Shown piece after piece: positions 1 through 7,500 of a stretch of DNA of 10,851 nt (positions are counted from its first letter, which is position 1; each line of letters begins with the position of its first letter). The translations under genes and the position numbers were made by a program. The notes under the pieces are model-generated. The model did no database searches and was not told the origin of the DNA. It was given only the letters and a program-made list of their open reading frames with translations. Source of the stretch: Azolla caroliniana (Eukaryota; Plantae; Polypodiophyta). The DNA lies in NCBI GenBank assembly GCA_043228905.1, contig JBHGNT010001221.1, positions 1-10,851 of the forward strand, read 5' to 3'.

Positions 1-2
1 CC

Positions 3-2235
3 TCGGGAGTACACGACACAACCCCCCATGAGAAGTTTCTTGGTCAAAAGCCAGACTTATCACATGTTCGTATTTTCGGCTCAATTGCTTATGTGCATAT
101 TCTCGATGATACGTGACAAAAGCTCAACCCGCAGTCGGAGAAATGTATCCTCGTGGGGTACTCACTCAAACAAAAGGGGTACAAATGCTACAATCCATCT
201 ACCCGAAAAGTTTGAACAAGTCGAGATTTCATTTTTGACGAGTCCACATCCTGGTACGCACTAGAGACAACTTCGACTCCGACTCCACTCGACCCGGAAT
301 ACGCTAAAATAGAGGTAGAAGCCGAAGATTGACTTATGCGCATGTTCGAAGAAAGCCCGATTACGACAAGGCTTAGTGGGCCACAAGAGCCTCTGAGCGA
401 TCAAAGCACTTCTCGGCCGAGTCTGAAGCTGGACAAAGGGAAGGTGAAAATGTCGGAGTATGAAGTCGATCACTTCGACGACAACAAATCGATTCACTCC
501 CTCGATAGTGAGTTCGAAGGCCTCAACATCCGGACAAATGGAGCGAAGAAAGCCTTATATTCGCGAACGAAAAGCTACGCTGGTCCACCCGAGAAAAGAA
601 CCCCGTAAGCCATTACGGCTACGACGAGTACATGGCGTATCATTACGCCTTTATGATGAAGGTAGCGTCAATACAAGAGCCGAAAACTCTTTCCGAAGCA
701 GTAAAGGATCTGCGATGGGTTGACGCGATGAATGAAGAAATGCAAGCCCTATGCAAAACCAGACATGGGATCTCGTTCCTCACACTCCGCACAAGAAAGC
801 GATTGGCTGCCGATGGATTTACAAAGTGAAACACAATGCCAATGACTCCATAAATCGCTTCAAAGCATGGCTCGTTGCAAAAGGATATGCAGAAACGCAC
901 GGAGTTGACTATGAAGAGACCTTTGCCCCAGTGACAAAGATGACAACTGTGCGAACCGTGGTTGTAATCACAATAGCAAAAGGGTGGCACCTCCATTATA
1001 TGGACGTGAAGAACGCCTTCCTGCAAGGGGAACAAGAGGAGGAAGTGTACATGATCCAACCACCCGGTTTTGAATCGCGCCATCATCCGAACGTCGTGTG
1101 CCGACTCAAGAAGCCACTCTACGGCCTCAAACAAGCACCACGTGCGTGGCATTCGAAGATCACACAATATCTTCATCAAATCACATTTCGAATGTCAAAT
1201 TCGGATAATTCTCTGTACATCCGAAACGAGTTGGATAGCCCGATTGTCATCATCCTATACGTGGATGATTTGGTCATCGGAGGAAAGGATCTCGCTGAGA
1301 TTAACAAGGTCAAATCACTTCTCTCCGGCAGATTCGAAATGAAAGACCCACACGAGCTCCATTACTTCTTAGGCATCGAAGTAATTCGGACATCAGTCAG
1401 GATAATGATCTCACAATGACACTACATCCTCAACTTACTTTACAAGTTTGGCATGACGGAGTGCAAACTTGTGTCCACCCCGCTTGATCGTAATCTCAAG
1501 CTTGATGTTGATTTTGGAACAACCGAGTGTGAGCCAACTCAGCATCGCCAATTGATCAGCAACCTCATCTACCTAACCATTATGCGACCCGACCTCATCT
1601 ATTCGGTCAACCTACTTAGCCAATTCATGCAGAATCCGTGAAACCTTCATCTTGATTGCGCTAAGAGGGTACTTCGGTACGCTAGTGGTACGATGGATTA
1701 TGACATCAGATACAAGTCAAATACAATAATTCGACTCGAAGGGTACACATACGTGGACTGGGCAAGTTATAAAGCGGATAGATGGTCAACATCAGGATTT
1801 GTCTTCTCCCTGGGCAACGGAACAATCTCATGGAGTAGCAAGAAGCAACCGACAGTCGCATTGTCGAGCACGAAGGCCGAATACAGGGGCGCGGCGGTCG
1901 CCACGTGCGAAACCGTATGGCTGAAGCGTATACTGAAGAATTTGGGCATACCCATCAAGGATCCAATTTGTCTATACTGTGACAACATGAGCAGTATCTA
2001 CCTGGTGTGGAACCTCGTATTCCATGTGCAGACTAAGCATGTTGAAGTGCACTACCACTTCATCCGCAAACGCATGCAAGCCGGAGATATAGACTTACAC
2101 CACATCAACACGAATCTACAGGTAGCCGAGATTTTCACGAAAGCCCTGGGCATCGACAAGCTGCGGTAGTTCGCGTCGAACCTTGGCCTATCTATTTCCG
2201 ACCAGGTGAGCTTGAGGGAGAGTATAGAACAATGA
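3..2235 (+). pseudogene. pol: Disrupted copia pol polyprotein (integrase C-terminus / reverse transcriptase / RNase H)
   Basis: Premature stops TGA 114, 213, 330, 1417, 1639 and TAG 2167. Frameshifts near 570 (before LRWSTREKNP) and near 756-759 (ALCK/NQTW). The RNase H motifs read YTYVDW and AEIFTK instead of the usual Y.DADW and ADIFTK. The likely natural stop is TGA 2233-2235 after ...SLRESIEQ. Confidence 0.93.
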
Positions 2236-2352
2236 AATGATCGATTGATTGAAGCCGAACAAGGAGCATGCAACCAAAAAGCCGAACAATCGAAGTTCAA
2301 AGCGTTCCGAAGACCGATCCGAAACAATTTTTCGATATCCGGAAGTTGTGTT

Positions 2353-2363
2353 TTGAAGGGGCG
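2353..2363 (+). other. Polypurine tract (plus-strand primer site) of the copia element
   Basis: TTGAAGGGGCG directly precedes TGTTGAG, matching the typical copia ttgagggggag-TG junction. Confidence 0.75.
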
Positions 2364-2567
2364 TGTTGAGAATCGAACTCAACTTCCCATAGAAATAGGT
2401 TTCACACTAGCTCATGGACATACCAGGCTAGTTTTGTAAATAGTAGAAAGGGCCCTTGCCCTAGTTTAGTTGGTATTTAAACCAACCTTTTGTAACTTTG
2501 TTACTGTTGGAAGGAATACATAGTTTTCTCATCTTAAGACTCTCTCTCTCTCTCTTTCTCATAAGTG

Positions 2568-2609
<42 letters not shown>

Positions 2610-2682
2610 CCTACCGTTGCATACAATCACTCTCCTTTCTTTACATTGATTTTCTTCTTGCGAACAATTACACTATCTAACA
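2364..2682 (+). repeat. 3' LTR (~319 bp) of the copia element
   Basis: Starts TGTTGAG right after the PPT and ends TCTAACA (terminal inverted TGTT...AACA). It has an internal TATA-like TATTTAAA at 2474-2481. It is not followed by a tRNA primer-binding site, as expected for a 3' LTR. The partner LTR is outside the window, so the right boundary is inferred. Confidence 0.75.
2540..2607. repeat. Compound microsatellite (CT)8 at 2540-2555 and (CA)19 at 2570-2607 inside the LTR
   Basis: Read directly from the sequence. Confidence 0.95.
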
Positions 2683-3343
2683 TGAATTGCATAATCACGA
2701 TACATTAATTTTCTAGGAACGAATTCTTTTTGACATGCTTATCCACCATTACAAGAAGCTAACATGAAATACACAATGGTGGTATATTGTTTTTCCTAAA
2801 GTAAAAAATAAATAAGATTCCCATGCTTATGTGTGTTTATGACTTATTGTTTCCCTTACACATGGATGTCCTTATCGTGAATATAAAAGAATTTTTGTAC
2901 CCACAAGGGTAATTAAGGCTTCCTAGTTGTTGCTTATCCTCAACCCATTGAAGAAGCAATTTTTTTTATTACCGAAGGACAACTCCTTGTGCACGAGGCG
3001 AATCAAATGTAATGTTGCATCTTTTTCTTTTCTCTTATATCACTTATGTGATTGTATGTGAATTGCATACATACTTGTCAACAATGCATTATATCTTCAA
3101 TTGTTGAGAAGACCCTTCAATTGTCAGTTGAGTGATGTGACTCAATGGATGTTGTACGAATTGCACATTTAGTACCTCGATGTATGTTGGACAACAACAA
3201 TGTAAATTGCAAGGCTAAAAAAGCAACACACTTACCTAAAAAACACTTGCTAGTGCATGGTGCAACATTTAAACAGGGAGACAACAATAACACGGAGACA
3301 AAAATAAAGCATATGCCTTATACCTGGGCCAATGTAAAAATGG

Positions 3344-3654
3344 GAGACGAAACCACTGTATAACATCCACCATAATCTCACACTTCTCGTGCCAAATTTA
3401 CCAGCACTTTTGTGAGGTAAAGTTACTACAAGACACCATAAAAATTTCACGTAACATAGGTTAAAAATTTCCATGTCACCTCAGAGACAGACAGGAAACG
3501 AAACCATCGTAAACGCACACCATAATCTTACGCATCCCGTGCCTAATCCGACGCTTCTTGTGACAAAATTTACCAACACTTTTGGTGAGGGTAAAGTTTA
3601 CTACAACACACCATATAAAAATGTGCAGATAACATAGGTTAAAAATTTCCATGT
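3344..3654. repeat. Diverged tandem duplication: copy 1 ~3344-3476, copy 2 ~3495-3654
   Basis: Shared blocks ACGAAACCA, CACCATAATCT, AAATTTACCA.CACTTTTG, TACTACAA.ACACCATA, plus an identical 25-mer TAACATAGGTTAAAAATTTCCATGT at 3452-3476 and 3630-3654. Confidence 0.92.
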
Positions 3655-3878
3655 ATAAAAAACCTAAAGGACACACACATATGAGAGAGAAAAGTGTGTG
3701 GCAATATATGTATGTATGTATGTGATTGGGCCTCCTTCTTTACATATGTAGGGAAAAGTAAAAAGAGCAACAAATACCTTCCATTGATTCTTCTACTAAT
3801 TAAGGATCACCTTCTCTAATTTTAGCCATCCTCCCCCCCCCAAAAAAACAGAACAAAACATTCTCTTGCTCTCTGCCC

Positions 3879-3903
3879 AAAAAAAAAAAAAAAAAAAAAA
3901 AAA
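3879..3903 (+). repeat. A25 homopolymer upstream of the kinase gene
   Basis: 25 consecutive A residues. Confidence 0.95.
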
Positions 3904-3934
3904 CAGGGTAAGTAAGAAACACTAATCATTGTGA

Positions 3935-4045
3935 ATGAACAACACTTGCGTTGCTATCATGGCCATCAATGTAGAAGAAGAAGAAGCAGAAGAAGAAGCA
4001 GAAGAAGAAGAAGAAGAAGAAGGGGAAGGTCTCAGTCGCTTCTGA
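3935..4045 (+). promoter_or_regulatory. Candidate upstream ORF (36 aa, poly-Glu): MNNTCVAIMAINVEEEEAEEEAEEEEEEEGEGLSRF
   Basis: ATG 3935 and in-frame ATG 3959 (ATC-ATG-GC, good plant initiation context) run to TGA 4043-4045. It counts as a uORF only if transcription starts upstream, which cannot be seen here. Confidence 0.3.
3974..4021 (+). repeat. Interrupted trinucleotide repeat (GAA)4 GCA (GAA)3 GCA (GAA)7 in the putative 5' leader
   Basis: Read directly; ends 64 nt before the ATG at 4086. Confidence 0.95.
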
Positions 4046-4085
4046 AGGAAACAGGGGAGGAGGAGAAACCCCATTAAGGTTAATT

Positions 4086-4532
4086 ATGAACCCCTTTTCA
4101 TTGCTGAATTCCGTCCCCTGTTCCTCCTCACACATCATTACAGAAACAGGGGTGGGAACAAGAGCTGTTTTCCCTCTTCTTTCTATCACAACTTCAAGGC
4201 GGACATTTGATGCTCACAGATACAACATTCATATTGGCTCTCCAACATCCACCTCTATATTAGATTCTTCTTCGCCTTCCTCAAGGTTGAGACGGAGTGT
4301 GAGATCTGATGATACTATATCTTCTTCTTCTTCATGGAGATTGAGGATCAGTTCCTTGTCATCAAGATCGGGCTTTCGAATACATAGCTTATCCTCTTCA
4401 TCCAATTTCGGTACCTTCAATCCAGACGATTTCTTGCAGCATGATATTCTATGTACCCTTACTATCTTTGTGGGTTCTTTCGTCTGGATTAAGCTTTTTG
4501 ACATCTTGGTAAAGAAGAACTTTATTGAACAG
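4086..4532 (+). CDS. VTE5: Phytol kinase exon 1 (transit peptide + first TM helix)
   Basis: MNPFSLL...QHDILCTLTIFVGSFVWIKLFDILVKKNFIEQ; donor CAG|GTATGT at 4533; in-frame TAG upstream at 3972-3974. Confidence 0.88.
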
Positions 4533-7500
4533 GTATGTTATCATTTAAGTCCGAATTAAGCATCTTCCATAAAGATTTAAGTAACATTTTAGGACATTTT
4601 TGTGTTCCTTTATGCAATTCTTATTCAAGATACGTTTTTGGTTCATCTATGGATTTTCCATTAATCTGCTTTTATTTTTCGCCATTTTGGTCTGACACTA
4701 ACATTCATCTCGTTTGCTATGGGTCTATAAGCATGCATGTATACACTCTGTTTGTTCAGCTTTATGATATGAATAATCCATTCAACCTTAAGTTTGGTCT
4801 TCTATTTTTATGGCATTTAATATAGATTATGATTATGGAGACACTTGTTGTTTCTGGTTATGTCAACCACACACTTATTTTAAGCATTGTTTTGCTTCGG
4901 AATTTAGTGTAAACCAGCATACGAGATTGTCCATTAGCACATGTTGAAACACTTCTTCTCTTCATAATATTCATTTAGCCTGTGCTTGGATTTGCTATGA
5001 CATTTAACATCTATCAGAATCCTATCGAGTCTAATAGCATGTGTTTGAGATTCTCTTTTTGTTTTTTGGTTATGGTGACTAATTTCCATCTCATAATGGG
5101 CATAATCCATTTAACAATTTAAAGCTTAAGGTTTTCCATGAGCATAAACAGGAATGTCTATCAGCATGTCTCTGAGACACTTTACATTTTGTTATCACTC
5201 TCTTGTACACTTAAACAAAGAGATTAAAATGAAGACGTTATATTATTACCACGGGTTTGATATTTAAGAAGTGAATTATTTCTGTTTATTTCTGAATCAG
5301 AGCAGAAGTTAAGCCGCAAATTAATGCACATTTCAACTGGTGTCCTATACGTCATGTCATGGCCCTTATTCAGGTAATTCTGTTTACCTATATTTCATTC
5401 AAGAAAAAGTAGAGGAAACATGCTACATTATTTATTTATTTTGATACGTACATACTCATGCGCGCACTTTATTTTGTTGCATAACACATTGCATTCCTGA
5501 AGAGGGCATATCTATCTATATAGAACTATGGACTTCTCTTTTACTTTAGAGATACGGCAATAATGTAAAAATTTCCTGAGTAAAAAAACACCTGAATGTA
5601 TGACATGTGTCAAAAGTACCAGAACGTAATTGAATTGTATGTTCATATTGTCCACAATACCCATACAGTGAAAATTGCAATGACTGAAGAGCCCAGGTTA
5701 TGTAGGCAAGAAATTCCTTCCAAAATTGTAAGGAGGTTCATTTCCACCAAAATAACGGACACTATGAAAACCGGAATATGTACTCGTGGTCATCTATATC
5801 GTTTAGAGATCAAGTTCCTGAACCATATGTGATGATTGTTTGGATGTCCAAGTCAACATTTCAATGCGTGTTAACTCTGGATGTCAGACTGTTCAAATCA
5901 CACAAACCCATTTTCACTGAACTAGATAAATGAAACCAGATAAGATTAGAGGAAAAGGTGATAATCCTCACGCCAAGCTTCTTTAAATAAAGGCGTTTTG
6001 ATGACTGAAGAGTCTGGGGTATGTAGGCAAGAAAATACTTTTGAAGTTACATGAAGGTAATATAATCTGAGATGTTTAGCTTTCACCATTTCCACCAACC
6101 CAATGGAGTATGTAAATAGTCGTAGCTGGTTGGAGATTAGGTTCCTAAACTACATACACACATGTCAACCCAGGGTATTCTCATGGCAAACGACTCTAAA
6201 TATAGGCAGGTCAACAGAATGAATATTATGAAAAGGATTCAAAGTGTTTGGTAGTTTTGCATGCAGATTTATATATTTCCTAACGAGTTGAATAGTTTTG
6301 TTCTACCTTCTTTTTTCTTGTGTTAGGGCTTTATCCTGATGGTTAGTGAAGTTTGTATTAACCCATGCACTCGGGTTCAAATCTAACTCTATGCACTACT
6401 TTACTAGATGTGCCACTCTAGAATGTATGGACGAACTCATGACCCTCTAGCTTCCACCCAACAACCTTGCAACTGATCTACGGCAGTCTGGGCAGTTGAA
6501 ATTATTTGTTTTACTCTCTCCTTTTCTCTAAAGCTTGTATATTTACATGTTTTTTTCAGGTAACAAATCTAGCACTTAGGGCACCCCCACAGGTTTTATT
6601 AATGGGGTGCCCTAAGTGCCAGATTTGTTTCCTGAAAAAACCTGTGGGGTGCCCTCAGTGGTTTTTGCCATCTCGATTTCTGTGGTTCTTAAAAACCTGT
6701 GCAAATTACTCATAAACAAAGCTTATTATCATCACATAAATATTATTTTCTTGGACTATTTTCACTTGTTATGATGGCAAAATCAAGAAATGTTGAAGCA
6801 TAAAAGAAAAAACAAATGCAAAGCATAAAAAAAACAATAACTTCCCCTTGAAAGTTTTTCTTACATTTAGAACCACTGCCTAAGAAATACTTGTCTTGTG
6901 TTTACAACTGCATTGCAAAGACAACCACGCATGCATCTATATATGAAGATGTGAAGATTTAGGCAACCTTGACTTACGTACGTATATGATGTCTTTTAAC
7001 CTGTGAATTACTTTTTTGCAATGCTTTAATATGCAAATTCTGAAGAATGTCGTCCTAACTTAATATATAATATATAAACTAAGGTGCTGTTTTCTCTTCT
7101 TCTTATGATGCCCAGTGTATCACCATGGTCGCGATTCTTTGCAGTCTCAATTCCTCTCTCCAATGTACTCAAGCTTCTTGTCTATGGCACTGGTATTCTC
7201 AAGGATGAGGGCCTCGTTAAATCCATAAGCCGCATGGGTACTTCCAAGTATGTTTCTCTTCAATAAGTTTTCAATTCCCATACATTTTCTTTTATGAGAA
7301 GTAGAGAGAACACAAGTTTGATCCTTGCCATGGAATCGGTCCCGATCCGCAGTGGACATGAATGATGGAAAATTAAGAGAATCCAAGTTTGCTCATTGAT
7401 ATGTGCCCGGACCTGTGTCACAGATGGTATTTGGTTTGATAATCTATCTGTCTATCTCTCCCTCTTTACAATGTTTCACAAGAGAGTGGAGAGAAATTTT

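Larger units (their letters stand above)
1..2682 (+). mobile_element. Ty1/copia LTR retrotransposon, 3' portion (IN C-terminus, RT, RNase H, PPT, 3' LTR); extends left of the window
   Basis: The IN-RT-RH domain order is diagnostic of copia. Motifs: frame 3 TPHEKFLGQKPDLSHVRIFGSIAYVHI and KCILVGYS..KGYKCYNP (IN C-term/SH3-like); RT AMNEEMQAL..NQTWDLV, CRWIYKVK, DYEETFAPV, MDVKNAFLQG, LYGLKQAPRAW, LYVDD (YVDD at 1258-1269); RNase H DWA..STSG..ISWSSKKQPTVALSST.AEY, YCDN, TKHVEVHYHFIR, IFTKAL. These are followed by a purine tract and a TG...CA-bounded LTR. Confidence 0.97.

Noticed and set aside
28-723. Plus-strand ORFs 28..264 and 460..723
   Set aside because: Off-frame readings of the copia pol; the true frame at the start is frame 3 with internal stops.
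261-2382. Minus-strand ORFs over the retrotransposon (e.g. 643..1179, 178 aa)
   Set aside because: Antisense shadows of pol with no recognisable motifs.
2498-2680. ORF with HTHTHT repeat
   Set aside because: Translation of the CT/CA microsatellites in the LTR, with a non-ATG start.
3344-3654. CRISPR-like repeat-spacer array
   Set aside because: Only two copies, the intervening sequences are themselves homologous, the context is eukaryotic, and there are no cas genes.
3250-3676. Two similar minus-strand ORFs (MEIFNLCY...) as a duplicated small-peptide pair
   Set aside because: Similarity derives from the DNA duplication; multiple 1-nt indels between copies break frame correspondence, arguing against coding constraint.
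3879-3903. A25 as the tail of a SINE/LINE/retrocopy
   Set aside because: No recognisable element body, Pol III boxes or target-site duplication around it.
3926-4504. Minus-strand ORFs 3926..4189 (poly-Phe) and 4229..4504 (Glu-rich)
   Set aside because: Antisense readings of the GAA repeat and of the Ser-rich TCT codons of exon 1.
6506-6715. ORF with CPKC/CxxC-like pattern over the hairpin
   Set aside because: Non-ATG start, generated by the inverted-repeat sequence, no domain support.
7455-7495. Short TCTCTCC...GGAGAGA hairpin in intron 3, and possible intronic snoRNA
   Set aside because: Low-complexity CT/GA pairing; no convincing C/D or H/ACA box arrangement.
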